64,000 nucleotides of DNA, taken from contig MU008205.1 of NCBI GenBank assembly GCA_010909165.1, positions 124,001 to 188,000 of the forward strand, in the 5' to 3' direction. A program made the translations under genes and the position numbers. Below are positions 1 through 12,560 of this stretch, in pieces; within the stretch, counting starts at the first letter, position 1, and each line of letters begins with the position of its first letter. Source of the stretch: Anthoceros angustus (lineage: Eukaryota > Plantae > Anthocerotophyta). The notes under the pieces are model-generated. The model was not told where the DNA came from. It made no database searches and saw nothing but the letters and a program-made list of their open reading frames with translations.

Positions 1-670
1 GACTTTTGCGAGGTGTCGATAAAATGCTTTCTTTTGCGAGCTACATTTTGTCGTTGAAGACCCGTTTGTAGATTTGGTAATCATCGTACATGCTTGTGTC
101 TATTGAAAAGTGAATCTGGATTGGGCATGGTGTATTGTGTGCATGTCTTGGAGCTTAATCTCATAGACCGGTGTTTATGTGCGGTATTGAAGTGTGCACG
201 CGTTTGGAGGGTTTGCCTCCCAACATCTTTGGATGTTTTCCGATTCTAATCTAGAAATATGTGTTGTTGTGTGGCATGGATGAGTCTGTTGTCCAATGAG
301 CGATTGATTGTTTTACTTGTGTGGTCCGATGTATATGTTGTACATCTATGGTTGTTTGTACGTCTAACTCTTGTTGTACTTGAAAAAGGGTTTTCACTTT
401 ATTTTTCCCATATGTGGTGTATTTTGACAGTTCTATGTGTCATCCTTAATGAAAGTGGAAGGAATAACAACTCTAACAATGTCTAGCCCTGTTGTGTTTT
501 GGGGCACGATATCCTCTCTTGTCTAGGCAGCCGATAATCAACTTTTAGACCTTCCAGCAGGTTCTCATCTGGACGGTTCAAGGCGCATGTGAGTTCTTTC
601 TTTTCGTTTGTTATCTGTTATGTTGTTTGTACATCTCAACGTTGTTCTGATGACTTCTCCGGTGTTGCAG

Positions 671-3600
671 ATGGCTCTTAAAAGAAAACCTACTGGGCCT
701 GCTGGACCGGGCAAGAAGCAGGCACCTTTGTCTGAAGTCATGTCCAAGCCGTACACTCGACAACGTGTTAAAACAGCCATCGTTCACACTGCAACCCACC
801 CTCTGCAGGATGATGGTAAAGTTGACGGTGTCCTTGTGCATAGTGAGGGGACATATTTGGTGCCGAAAAAGTCCATCCCCAAACCGCAAAGGCACTTTTC
901 ATCCAAGGAGGATGCCCGTCTTCGAATTTGCTCGGAGAGAAGAAGGGTTGACACCGACCTGCCCTTGGTGGAGGGTCCCTTGTCGAGATTACTAACTATT
1001 GTCCTGCTTCGAGAGAGGGGTTAAGTTTGTTGGTGAGAATGTCCATCGATTACTCACGATTCCATGGTCCTTGGCGAAAGCATGCCTGATCTCGAAATGG
1101 CGTGGCTGCTCCTGCGGCAAGATAAGTCTCTCAATTCCTTTCACCTGGTGAGTTTTCCATTCCGTGTCGCTCCCGAACAAGTTATCCACGGAGTGTATTG
1201 ATATGTTTTGAGAGAATGAGGTCTGCTGATCCCGAGGATGATTTTGCTATGGGCATGGAAGAAATTGAAGATGAGGCCCATTTTAGGGACCAAGGGTTTG
1301 ACCCCTCGATTCCTGAGGGAGCCGTGAATGATGCAATGAGTGGTGGTGAGGACAAGTCCAAACGCCAAAATAATTGGTGCGAGTCGTCTTAAGTCTTTCA
1401 TGAAAGTGAGTGGTGTGAGGGGTTGGGATAGTGCAATAGAGGACATTCCTCACAAGGACTTGAACCTTATATTGATACCGTTTTCCACCAAGTTCGAACT
1501 TAAAAGACAACTCAAGATTCTCTCTAACGTAAGTCTTCATCCCTTTCTGTTCCGTTGTGTTTCTTTTCATTTTATGTCGATTTCATTATATTGGTGCAGT
1601 TGATGTCCTTCTTCGAGGGTTCAATCGCATTTTGATAAGGAAGTGTGTTCGAGCAAAGCCGTCTTGGGTCCGATGTGCTGTGATCAATATGTTTCACGGC
1701 GTGTTCAATGGTTGTCGGTGCACTTGTTGCTTCCATGAAAATCGAAAGACCTTGGTATAGTATCTGCGAAGGTGGTGAAACCGATATCCGATGATGATGA
1801 GAGGCTTGCCCACGGTGACCATCAATGTTCTTTTGGGCGGCGCCCGAAAAGGTTTGTGTTCGATTCCTAGCTTCTTGTGTGCATTTTGCACTATTTGTTG
1901 TTGCTTCTAACGATTCGATGTTTTCGAATAGGTGTGCATATTTTGCATGAATCGTTTGAGCACGCGGGAGGAATTGCACAACAATCGTGGACTTCTCATT
2001 CTCTTGGATTCGAGGCGTTTTTACGACGTTTGTCCATGTTTTGATTGATGCTTTGTTGTGTGGTAATACTCTATGATACCTTGTTTGTGTTGTAATACCC
2101 TCCTTGTGTTGCCTCGCAGATCGAGGAGCGACATTCAAGAATTACAAAGTTGATATGCGCAACTACCGGAGTGAGCACTTAGGCCAAAAGTGAAAAACTA
2201 TGAGGTGGATGTTATTCAAACATTTAAAGCCGTCATTGACCATTGTCCAAAGTGGACGCAAATGACAAGAATATATCTATCCAAGGGTTTCTTTTCAATT
2301 CTCCCATCGATAATCCAAGATCGAATGTAAGTATCTTTTGATAAGGGTTCTAGGTTTGTGTTCCATTGGACGTGCTAACTTTAATTTTCTCTGTGAGTAG
2401 GCTTGGTATGCAAAACTCCGGGTATCCAAAGGAATGCTCTCAAAATATATGAAGACAATGGCGAGCGGTGGTCTTGATGGGTATTACGAACAAGAGCCGT
2501 GTAACGATGATTACGTGACCATGGCTCGGTGCCCTCGATCTTTGGCGGGCGTCACCGCCACAAACCGATGCTGGATTTTCAAGGTAGGATCTATTTGTTG
2601 ATGCCGTCGTAACTTGTTTATGCCTTCTATTGACATGATGTGTTCTCACTGTGGACTTTGCGGTATGGGTTGGGCAAGCAAACAGCAGCTGGTTCTAGTT
2701 CACGTGAAAGAAGATCATACAATGAGTTGCTCAATGAAGAACTCGATCGGATGCGGGATGACTTGCGGGGTGTGCTTGTCGGTTGTTGTCAATGGGACTC
2801 GGATATAGTTTTTCCAACTGAAGATGTAAGTATTTTCTACCATGAAGGGAGTGATTTTCACAGAAGATTATGATTCTACTGTAAAGGATGCTGATGTTAA
2901 GAATTTGTTGTGCATAGGCTTGTGCTCAATGTTGCCTACAAGTTCAGCGTAAGCATTCCATGAGTCGTTTTGGTTCAAGGTTTGTTTCTTTTAATCTTTT
3001 GATTGATGCTTTGTTGTGTGGTAATACTCTGTATGATACCTTGTTTGTGTTGTAATACCCTCCTTGTGTTGCCTCGCAGAACGAGGAACGACATTCAAGA
3101 ATTACAAAGTTGATATGCGCAACTACGAGTGAGCACCAAAAGTGAAAAACTATGAGGTGGATGTTATTCAAACATTTAAAGCCGTCATTGACCATTGTCC
3201 AAAGTGGACGCAAATGACAAGAATATATCTATCCAAGGGTTTCTTTTCAATTCTCCCATCGATAATCCAAGATCGAATGTAAGTATCTTTTGATAAGGGT
3301 TCTAGGTTTGTGTTCCATTGGACGTGCTAACTTTAATTTTCTCTGTGAGTAGGCTTGGTATGCAAAACTCCGGGTATCCAAAGGAATGCTCTCAAAATAT
3401 ATGAAGACAATGGCGAGCGGTGGTCTTGATGGGTATTACGAACAAGAGCCGTGTAACGATGATTACGCTCCGACCATGGCTCGGTGCCCTCGATCTTTGG
3501 CGAGCGCCACCGCCACAAAAAAGCGTCTGGATTTTCAAGGTAGGATCTATTTGTTGATGCTTAACTTGTTTATGCCTTCTATTGACATGATGTGTTCTCA

Positions 3601-3760
3601 CTGTGGACTTTGCGGTATGACCGTCGGGGCAAGCAAAAGCAGTCAGGTTCTAGTTCACGTGAAAGAAGATCATACAATGAGTTGCTCAATGAAGAACTCG
3701 ATCGGATGCGGGATGACTTGCGGGGTGTGCTTGTGATTGTTGTCAATGTGACTCGGATAT
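671..3760 (+). mobile_element. Crypton-like tyrosine recombinase gene (DUF3504/ZMYM-type YR fold), multi-exon, frameshifted as assembled
   Basis: ATG at 671 follows a 3' splice site. Across frameshifts and introns the YR motifs appear in order: ALVASMK.SKDLGI..KVVKPISDDD (~1725-1800); CMN..REELHN (~1945-1985); TFKNYKVDMRNY...DVIQTFKAVIDHCPKW (~2130-2260); WYAKLRVSKGMLSKYMKTMA..GLDG.ITNKS.RVTMITR (~2400-2520 and ~3355-3470); VT[G]HK...GFS-R|YDR, with a GTAGGA donor at ~3540 and the Tyr codon TAT at 3616-3618. Confidence 0.75.
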
Positions 3761-3958
3761 AGTTTTTCCAACACCAAGATGTAAGTATTTTCTACCATGA
3801 AGGGAGTGATTTTTACGAGAAGATTATGATTCTACTGTAAAGGATGCTGATGTTAAGAATTTGTTGTGCATAGGCTTGCTCAATGTTGCCTACAAGTTCA
3901 GCGTAAGCATTCCATGAGTCGTTTTGGTTCAAGGTTTGTTTCTTTTAATCTTTTCGAT
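2041..3958 (+). repeat. Direct tandem duplication, 2 x ~958 bp, of the recombinase C-terminal exons
   Basis: gattgatgctttgttgtgtggtaatactct starts at ~2043 and at 3001. Both units end in gttcagcgtaagcattccatgagtcgttttggttcaagg. Confidence 0.95.
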
Positions 3959-6010
3959 TGGTATTTGATTCTTTTTGTTGCTTTTTGTTGCCAAGTGTTG
4001 CCAATGCACCCCTGCTATCCACCATGAAAGCAGGGCCCCTTTTGTCAGCACTGGACCGGTTAGTATCCTGCTGTTGTATTTTCGTCCTCCTTGCTTGTTT
4101 GCACCCAATATTTCATGCAATGTTTGTTGTTGTTTGTAGTTCCAGCATTGTGAAGCTTTGGAAGCTGTCCAAGTGCCAGAAAGTAGTGTTAAAGATCTTC
4201 AGATTGACAAGCAGACCAACTCGGGTGTATTCAACATCGACATGTTGAAAAGGTTAAGTGTAAAGGTGGTTTAAGTTTTATCCTTCATTCTCTTATTGTG
4301 TTTGTCTGATTCTATGTTTCTTTGGCGAGTATTAGCCCCACCACTAAAGATCTTTGTCGCCCACTAGTTTGTGAGCATTTGGTCCTCAGTTCAACATTGA
4401 TGGTGCCCTAAGTGTGGTGGAGGTGATGCCTCTCCTTGGAGGCTGTAAGCATTTTATGAGTCGTTTTGGTTTCGAAGGTTTGTTTCTTTTCTTCTTTTGC
4501 TGATTGGTATTTGACTCTTTTTGTTGCTTTTTGTTGCAGTGTTGCCATTACCACCCTTGCTATCCACCATGAAAGCGGGGCCCCTTTTTAGACTGGACCG
4601 GTTAGTATCTTCTGTTGTATTTTGGTTCTCCTTGCTGGTTTGCACCCAATATTTCATACAATGTTTGTTGTTGTTTGCGTTCCGCATTGTGAAGCTTTGG
4701 AAGAAGTCCAAGTGCGAAGTAGTGTTAAAGATCTTGATTGACAACGCAGACCAACTCGGGTGTATTCAACATCGACATGTTGAAAAGGTTAAGTGTAAAG
4801 GTGGTTTAAGTTTTATCCTTCATTCTCTTATTGTGTTTGTCGATTCTATGTTTGTCGGCAGAGTATTAGCCCCACCACTAAAGATGCTGTCACCCACTAG
4901 TTTGCATTTGGTCCTCCTCAACATTGATGGTGCCCGAGTGGTGGAGGTGATGCCTCCTCGCTTGGAGGCTGTGTAAGCATTTTATGAGTCGTTTTGGTGT
5001 CGAAGGTTTGTTTCTTTTCTTCTTTTGCTGATTGGTATTTGACTCTTTTTGTTGCTTTTTGTTGCAGTGTTGCCATTACCACCCTTGCTATCCACCATGA
5101 AAGCGGGGCCCCTTTTTAGACTGGACCGGTTAGTATCTTCTGTTGTATTTTGGTTCTCCTTGCTGGTTTGCACCCAATATTTCATACAATGTTTGTTGTT
5201 GTTTGCGTTCCGATTGTGAAGCTTTGGAAGAAGTCCAAGTGCGAAGTAGTGTTAAAGATCTTGATTGACAACGGCAGACCAACTCGGGTGTATTCAACAT
5301 CGACATGTTGAAAAGGTTAAGTGTAAAGGTGGTTTAAGTTTTATCCTTCATTCTCTTATTGTGTTTATGATTCTATGTTTGGCGAGTATTAGCCCCACCA
5401 CTAAAGATCTTTGTCGCCACTAGTTTGTGCATTTGGTCCTCATTCAACATTGATGGTGCCCTAAGTGTGGTGGAGGTGATGCCTCCTCGATTGGAGGCCT
5501 GTAAGCATTTTATGAGTCGTTTGGTGTCGAAGGTTTGTTTCTTTTCTTCTTTTGCTGATTGGTATTTGACTCTTTTTGTTGCTTTTTGTTGCGTGTTGCT
5601 ACCACCCTTGCTATCCACCATGAAAGCGGGGCCCCTTTTGTCGACCTGGACGGTTAGTATCTTCTGTTGTATTTTGGTTCTCCTTGCTGGTTTGCACCCA
5701 ATATTTCATACAATGTTTGTTGTTGTTTGCGTTCCAGCATTGTGAAGCTTTGGAAGTCAAGTGCGAAAGTAGTGTTAAAGATCTTGATTGACAAGCAGAC
5801 CAACTCTCGGTGTATTCAACATCGACATGTTGAAAAGGTTAAGTGTAAAGGTGGTTTAAGTTTCATCCTTCATTCTCTTATTGTGTTTGTCTATGTTTCT
5901 TTGGCGAGTATTAGCCCCACCACTAGTTTTGACGAGCATTTCGGTTCCTCATTTCAACATTGATGGTGCCCGAGTGTGGTGGAGGTGATGCCTCCTCGAT
6001 TGGAGGCCTG
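3907..6010 (+). repeat. Tandem array, 4 x ~530 bp, each unit made of intron/exon-like modules
   Basis: Units start with gtaagcatt..atgagtcg at ~3907, 4445, 4975 and 5501. Each has pyrimidine-rich tracts ending in (c)ag and a segment translating IVKLWKKSKCEVVLKILIDKQTNSGVFNIDMLK. Confidence 0.93.
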
Positions 6011-6995
6011 TGCCAAGTCATTGTGGTGAGACTTGAGGCGGAAGTGCAACAGGAAGGATTGTGGAGACACCTATAGCTTTGGATATGGTAGAGCGGCATG
6101 GGGTTGAGAAGGGTGGTTCAAGCGAGGTTTGAGCGTCTTGAGATTACCCGAGAAAGGAGAATGGTGAGGAGAATCGAAAAGGGAATTTCAACGGCAAGCA
6201 GTTTAGAATCATTGATTGAGCAGAGGCGCAATGTACAACCGAGTTTCCAAGAAAGCTTTGGAGATCCAAAGGAGAAAAATGTCGAAAGGAGGCAAGAGTA
6301 TTTCAAAGGGAAAAACTCAAAGCAAGCGGAAGGAGCAACGAAATGCGAAGATTGCGGTGGGAAAGGCGTGAAGCAAACTATTGACAATGTTACAGTCCTC
6401 AGCGCCTCCACTTCCATCCATGGAAAACCATATAAAGTCGTAAGTTGATTTAATTGTTCCCTTGATTTTGATCGCTAATTTTACTTTAGTAGACTAAGAC
6501 GGTAATGTTTGATTAGGTTCTCAACTTTCGGAAGATGAAGAATTTCTCCAAAGCCCCAGTTCATCAACCGGCAAACTATGATAATGTTGGACAAGTTGCC
6601 CGGTTAAACCAAGTGGTCTTGGAAACTATGTCTTCAATCTCTACAATTGTACATCAATTTTCCAAAATAAGGTGGGAATCTTTTCTAATGAACTTTTTTT
6701 GCTTTTTCATCATCTAATTGGTTACAAGCCTAATTTACTTTGTATATGTAGATTTGTAATTTGAATAAGGAGGATCAACTATTCTGGTATTTTCTCTATT
6801 TTCTGTTATTTTGAATTCATGCAATTACGGATATACGAAACTTTGCAAAGATGATATTTCTTTGTTGGTTTTTGTATATCCCGGATCGCATGAATGGTAT
6901 AACAGATGTTTCTTGCCAGATTAGCGATTGTGTTGGAATTACTAGGCCTCCACATAGATTACAATCTACCATGGTATTTCAGCTGCACTTGCTTC

Positions 6996-7155
6996 ACTTG
7001 GTGATCATTCTTTACCCTCTTGTTCTAGTTTTGATTTGGATGGTAAAATGTTTCCATTCATCGACGTTTTTACTCTATATTCACTTGGTTGATCCATTCT
7101 TTACCCTCCTGTTCTAGTTTTGACTTGGATGGTAAAATGTTTCCATCCATCGTCT
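6996..7155. repeat. Short tandem duplication, 2 x ~86 bp
   Basis: cacttgg(t)tgatc(c)attctttaccctc..gttctagttttga.ttggatggtaaaatgtttccat occurs at ~6996 and ~7082. Confidence 0.85.
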
Positions 7156-7292
7156 ATGCTTTCTACTCTATTGTTACAATTTCCACCTTATTCAGTAAAA
7201 ATTTTACCAATTGAAAAATTCTCTCTCTTCGTTTTACCCTTTTGGCCCGAAAAAAACCAAGGCGTCGAGGCCCCAGAAGGCCGCGACTTCTG
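7120..7292 (-). repeat. Dispersed repeat (possible copia LTR start or other TE end), homologous to 33556-33715 (+)
   Basis: The reverse complement aagtcgcggccttctggggcctcgacgc..ttttttcggg..gagagagaatt..acaatagagtagaaagcat matches 33556 aagtcgcggcctcgtctggggcctcgacgc..ttttttcggg..gagagagaatt..acaataaagtagaaaacat. Confidence 0.6.
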
Positions 7293-7315
7293 AAGCGATT
7301 AACCGTTCCGTAACA

Positions 7316-8296
7316 CTCCCTCTTAAGCTGAGCGTAACCTGGCCACTGATGGAGACTATCTTCCATGGAATGTGACACTCCTCTGTGGCACGCTCCCTCT
7401 GAAAGCTAAGTCATCTCTTCTGCCTCAGGCTACAGCGAGTTGGGGTGAGAAGTCGATCAAGCCTAGCTTGAGCATGTGCTGGTAGTGGCGTAGCTTAGGT
7501 AGACCCTTGGTCAATATGTCCGCGGCGTTGTCCTCCGTTGAGACGTAGGTAGCCTTCACTACGCCCCGCTCAACTACATCCCGTATATAGTGATGTTGAA
7601 TCTCGAGGTGCTTTGTCATGGCGTGGAACTTGGGATTTGCAACCAAAGCCAGGGCTGACATGTTATCACAATGTAGGGGTGTAGGATTGTCCTGCTTCTG
7701 GTTGATGTCGACCAGGAAGGCTCTCTCCCACTCTGCCTCCTTTGCAGCATCGGTGCGCTTTATACCGCCTGGAGGAGAGGCGATGGAGGTTTGTTTCTTG
7801 CAACTCCAACTCATTCACCTGCGGAGGACAAGAGGAAACAGTGTGCGCTAAGGCTCTTCCGTGAGTCGGGGTCGGAGGCCCAATCTGCATCGGTGTATCC
7901 CACAAGCGACAGCTTCCCTGTGCCTTCGCTTTTGTATGCCAGGCCGTATGTGAGGGTTCCCTTAAGGTGGCGGAAGACCCTCTTGACTGCTGCCCATGGG
8001 GTGTGCCTTTCCAGGCGATTCTAAGAATTGTGATACTGTGGAAACGGAGTACTGGATGTCGGGTCTGGTCCATCCGCTGACAAAGATAAGGTTGCCCACG
8101 GCGTGGCGGTAGGGAACTGATTCCATCTCCTTAGCTTCCTCCATGCAGGGGCGATCCATTGTAAGCCGTGCCAACGATAGGGGTCTTGCACGGGCCTATC
8201 TTGGTCCAACTTGAATCTTGATAATATTTCCTTGATGTACTTGTGCTGGTGGATGACCAGACTGCCTTGAGCTCTGTCCCTGAGAATTTGGATTCC
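7316..8296 (-). mobile_element. Ty1/copia retrotransposon 3' fragment (RT C-terminus, RNase H, PPT), frameshifted and 5'-truncated
   Basis: RT motifs: LGIQILRDR..LVIHQHKYIKEIL and VPYRHAVGNL..TRPDIQYSVSTVSQF. RNase H: SWSCKKQ..KEAEW..CDNMSALALVANPKFHAMTKHLEIQHHYIRD..ADILTK (ORF 7425-7814). Polypurine tract AAGAGGGAG is followed by TGTTAC at 7315 on the minus strand. Confidence 0.93.
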
Positions 8297-8338
8297 AAGG
8301 CAGAACTGAAGTTCGCGTATGTGTGGAGTATGAACTTG

Positions 8339-8700
8339 TGTCTAGGGACACCATGAGGTCCACATTTACCCTCAATGTCGTTGTAGGCCTAGGATTCTCT
8401 CCCAAGGGAATGGTTTGTGCCAAGGGACGCTAACTTCTATCACTACTGACCTTTTCCTAAGTTGGGACTTACCTGCTATCACCTCTCCTATCTATCTACT
8501 CAACTACTACTGTCACTCGACTCGCCTAACTACCGCAGATCGCCTTCCACGACCACCGCTCCCGAGCTACTACCCCGGTGGCTCTCACCACTACTGGGTA
8601 GTGATTACAACTACCGTGGTGGGTCCCACACTAAAAACCCTAGCACCTTCCCTCTGGCGCACGGTGCCGCGGATTCCTGTCACGGGCGGCTTCCTCCTCT
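8339..8700. repeat. End of an unclassified element, inverted homologue of 24180-24393
   Basis: The reverse complement of ~8350-8420 (cacaaaccattcccttgggagagaatcctaggcctacaacgacattgagggtaaatgtgg) matches 24312-24372 (cacaaaaccattcccttgggatcgaatcctaggactataacgacatagagggtaaatgtgg). Weaker similarity continues inward. Confidence 0.7.
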
Positions 8701-9069
8701 CCCCGATCCGTTTTATTCTACACTTCATACCCTATGCGCACCGCGATTCCTAGGGATGGGAGTTCCTAGGATACCTCACCCCCGCTCTACACACACACCC
8801 ACACACACACACAAAAAAGGGCGCCACACCCACGCGTTTTCCACCAATCTTGTTTCATGCGGTTCCATGACCTTGCCGTTTGAGTTTCACAATCACTTTT
8901 ACACACCTCCATGGTTAACTTCCCCATTCGTTCTCCCCCTTACTCCACTTTCGATCTTACCTCGCCAGCGTCTGGCTCGACCCCTCTTCACCCGGCCTCC
9001 GTCTCTCTCTTTCTCTCTCAATGCGCTCACAAGCTTCCAACCATCCACTCAACACTCTCTTGATCGCCG

Positions 9070-9211
9070 CCTACTCTCCTCCGTCCTCAAGCGAAGCTGG
9101 AGACGCTCGATCTCCTGCTCGAAGTCTTTGATTCTCCCGTTGAGAATCCCGTGTTGCTCTGACGCGTCTTGGAGTTGCAGCTCCAGGGTGTCCTTGCTGC
9201 CTTCCAGCTCT
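9070..9211 (-). pseudogene. Coiled-coil coding fragment cut off by the CACTA terminus
   Basis: The minus frame reads ELEGSKDTLELQLQDASEQHGILNGRIKDFEQEIERLQLRLRTEESRRR and abuts CACTACTAG at 9212. Product unidentified. Confidence 0.4.
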
Positions 9212-9259
9212 CACTACTAGGGAGAGGGGTGTTTTACAAAACCCCTTTTGCAAATCCCC

Positions 9260-10095
9260 CAATCTTTACAACGTCTAAACACCTCCGTTGTAAATTGATT
9301 TGAGTTTCGCTGATGTGGCAAGTTTTAAGACTCGGTTTACAACGGGGGTTTCTAGTTGGATGATGTGGCACTCTTTTGGGTGCTCATTTACAACAACGGA
9401 TTGATGACGTGGCTCCACGTTGTAGATTACGTTGTAAAAGCTTTTTCAAAATTTGATCTTTATTTTTCTAAAATCTTTATTAACATCACTAATCACAAAA
9501 ATATGATTGGAAGCCATTTACAACGTGCGACGTGGCTCCCTTGTTGTAGATTACGTTGTAAAAGCCTTTTCTCAAAATTTGTTCTTTATTTCTTCAAAAC
9601 TCTTTGTTATTATTATTAATCACAAAAATATGATTGGAAGCCATTTACAACGCATGCGATGACGTGGCTCCTTGTTGTAGAGATTACGTTGTAAAAGCCT
9701 TTTCTCAAAATTTGTTCTTTATTTCTTCAAAACTCTTTATTATTATTATTAATCACAAAAATATGATTGGAGGCCATTTACAAGCGATTGATGACATGGC
9801 TCCCTTGTTGTAGATTACGTTGTAAAACATTTTTCTCAAAATGTGTTCTTTATTTGTTTAACTCTTTATTATTATTATTAATCACAAAAATATGATAGGA
9901 GGCCATTTACAACGATTGATGACATGGCTCCTTGTTGTAGATTACGTTGTAAAGTAATTTTCTCAAAATGTGTTCTTTATTTTTTAAACTCTTTATTATT
10001 GTTATTAATCACAAAAATATGATAGGAGGCCATTTACGATTGATGACGTGATTCCCTTGTTGTAGATTACGTTGTAAAGCATTTTTCTTCAAAAT
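9260..10095. repeat. CACTA subterminal tandem array, ~6 x ~125 bp
   Basis: Repeated unit aatcacaaaaatatgat.gg.gccatttacaacg..gacgtggctcc.ttgttgtagattacgttgtaaa..ttttctcaaaat. Each unit holds inverted TTTACAACG/CGTTGTAAA motifs. Confidence 0.9.
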
Positions 10096-10379
10096 GTGAG
10101 GCGGGAGGCTATTTTAAATTTGATTGGGGTTATTTTGTGGGGGCATGATGAGCGTCCATTCAAAATGCAGGCGTGCCACTCGGCTCGCACTCCATTAATC
10201 CCGCCCTTACACACCGGCATGGAGAGGGAAAAAGTTGAGAGGGGGCTAGTGCTCTAATACTAGTACGTCACGCTCTTTAGCATTTTCTTTAGTGTTCTTA
10301 TTGTGAGCGGTACCACCTCTATGCCCACAAGCAAGTGCGCCTTGCCCGATGGTACATGTTCGTACATGCTTACCTTCAG

Positions 10380-11310
10380 CCATTGTATGGCCAGCCATTG
10401 TCGCGTTAGGCGCCATTAGGCGTTAATTGGGTGCCATTGTTGGGCGTTGGGCACCATTGTCGCGTTAGGGGCGCCATTGGCGTTAATTGGGCGCCATTAT
10501 TGGGCATTACTTGGCGCCATTGTTAGGCGTTAGTAGGACGCCATTGTTGGGCATTAATAGGCGCCATTGTTGGGCGTTAATTGGGCGCCATTGTTAATTG
10601 GTACCATTGTTGGGTGTTGGGCGCCATTGTTAGGCGTTAATTGGGCGCCATAGTTGGACGTTAAGCGCCATTGTTGGGCGTTAATTAGGCGCCATTGTTG
10701 GGTGTTAGGCGCCATTGTTGGGCGTGCGCCATTGTTGCATTAATTGGGCGCCATTGTTGTTGGGCGTTGGGCATTATTATTAGGCGTTATTTGGGCACCA
10801 TTGTATGGCCAGCCATTGTCGGGCATTGGGCGCCATTGTTGTTGGGCATTAGGCGCCATTATTATTGGGTGTTATTTGGGCACCATTCTATGGCCAGCCA
10901 TCGGGCGTTGGCGCCATTGTTGGGCGTTAATTGGGCGCCATAATTGGGCATTAGGCGCCATTGTTAGGCGTTATTTGGGCGCCATTATTGTTGGGCGTTA
11001 GGCACCATCAAATGGCAAGCCATTGTCGGCGTTAGGCGCCATTGTATGGCAAGCCATTGTGCCATTGTTAGGCGTTATGCGCCATTATTGTTGGGCGTTG
11101 CACCATTGCGCCATTAGGCGCCATTGTATGGCAAGCCATTGTTGCCATAGTTAGGCATTAATTGTTGGGCGTTGGCGCCATTATTGTTGGGCGCCATTGT
11201 TGAATAGTTAGGCATTAATTGCCATTATTGTTGGGCGTTACCATTGAATGACAAGCCATTGTTGGGTGTTAGGCGCCATTGGCCTGGCACCATTGTATAG
11301 CCGATCATAT
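10380..11310. repeat. GGCGCC-rich degenerate satellite (ttgggcgccattg(tt)/gggcgtta), array 1
   Basis: Dozens of imperfect copies of ggcgccattgttgggcgtta(att)g. Confidence 0.95.
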
Positions 11311-11984
11311 TTGTCGGCGCAAGCACGATTAACATTTCATCTTGGAAGGTTGATTATCTTTGTTTATCCAGAGAAAGGCTAGACAAGCTATAGCTTGGCA
11401 TGGTTACTGCTACCATTGGCAAAAGTACCCATGGAAATTGGATCAATGACAAAGGCATTGTAAGGTGTACAAATCAATTGGGAGTATGTTGAAAAGGGAC
11501 TCATAGTACGAGTCCGCCTCATCGTCATGTTCGAGTTCCCACACGTTCGTCTTGGAAATTTGAATCGGTGTATATTAGTAAATAGATTGGGGTTTAGATT
11601 TTGATGGGGAGGTGGCGGTTCGCCTTTTGGGCCATATGAAGTTCTAATGCTTCCATATAGTCTTTTAATCATCTAGTTAGCCTTGGCTAGATTACGGATC
11701 TTCTGTAGTACTCTCACCGGCCGAATTTACTTTGTGATTAAACTTCTCTAGAAAATTCATGCCCTCATTACATTTCTTACTAGCAAAGAGTATAGCATGT
11801 TGAAAGCTCTAGTTCCTCGGAAAATCTGAAGATTACTTCAAGGATAAGTATGTCTTTGCATTGTTGCTTTCTCCGACTACATACTCTTTCCTTTAGGGAA
11901 GTGGCGGGGATAACGAGGAAGAGTTTTGATGGGGGTGGAAGGCAGAGGCAGGTGGGGTATTTTAAATTTGGCATATTGTATTGG

Positions 11985-12560
11985 CGCAATTTTGGGCGTT
12001 AATTGAGCGCCATAGTTGAGTCCCATTATTGTTGGGCGTTGGCGCCATTATTGGGCGTTAATTGTGCGTCATAGTTGAGCATTGGGCGCCATTATTGGGC
12101 GCCATAGTTGAGCATTGGGCGCCATTATTGCGTTAATTGGCGCCATAGTTGAGCATTGGGCACCATTGTTGGCGCTATTGTTGCGTTATTTGGGCACCAT
12201 TGTATGGCCAGCCATTGTCGGGCATTGGGCACCATTGTTGGGCGTTGGGCGTTGGGCGCCGTTGGGCGTTGGACGCCATTGTTAGGCGTTATTTGGGCGC
12301 CACAGTTGGGCGTTAATTGGGCACCATTATTGTTGTGCGTTGGGCGCCATTGTTGGGTGTTAATTGGGCGCCATAGTTGGGCGTTAATTGGGCGCCATTA
12401 TTGTTGGGCGTTGTGCACCGGCATTGTATGGCAAGCCATTCTCGGGCATTGGGCGCCATTGTATGGCAAGCCATTGTCGGCGTTGCGCCATTGTATAGCA
12501 AGACATTGTCAGGTGCTGGGCGCCATTGTATGGCCGGTCATATTTGTCGGGCGCAAGCAC
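11985..12560. repeat. GGCGCC-rich satellite, array 2 (a third, shorter array lies at ~13745-13950)
   Basis: Same motif as array 1, ending in the same attgtatggccggtcatatttgtcgg spacer start. Confidence 0.93.

Noticed and set aside
3539-3543. Apparent TAG at the recombinase catalytic Tyr position (also at ~2584)
   Set aside because: Better explained as a GTAGGA splice donor; TAT-GAC-CGT (YDR) resumes at 3616.
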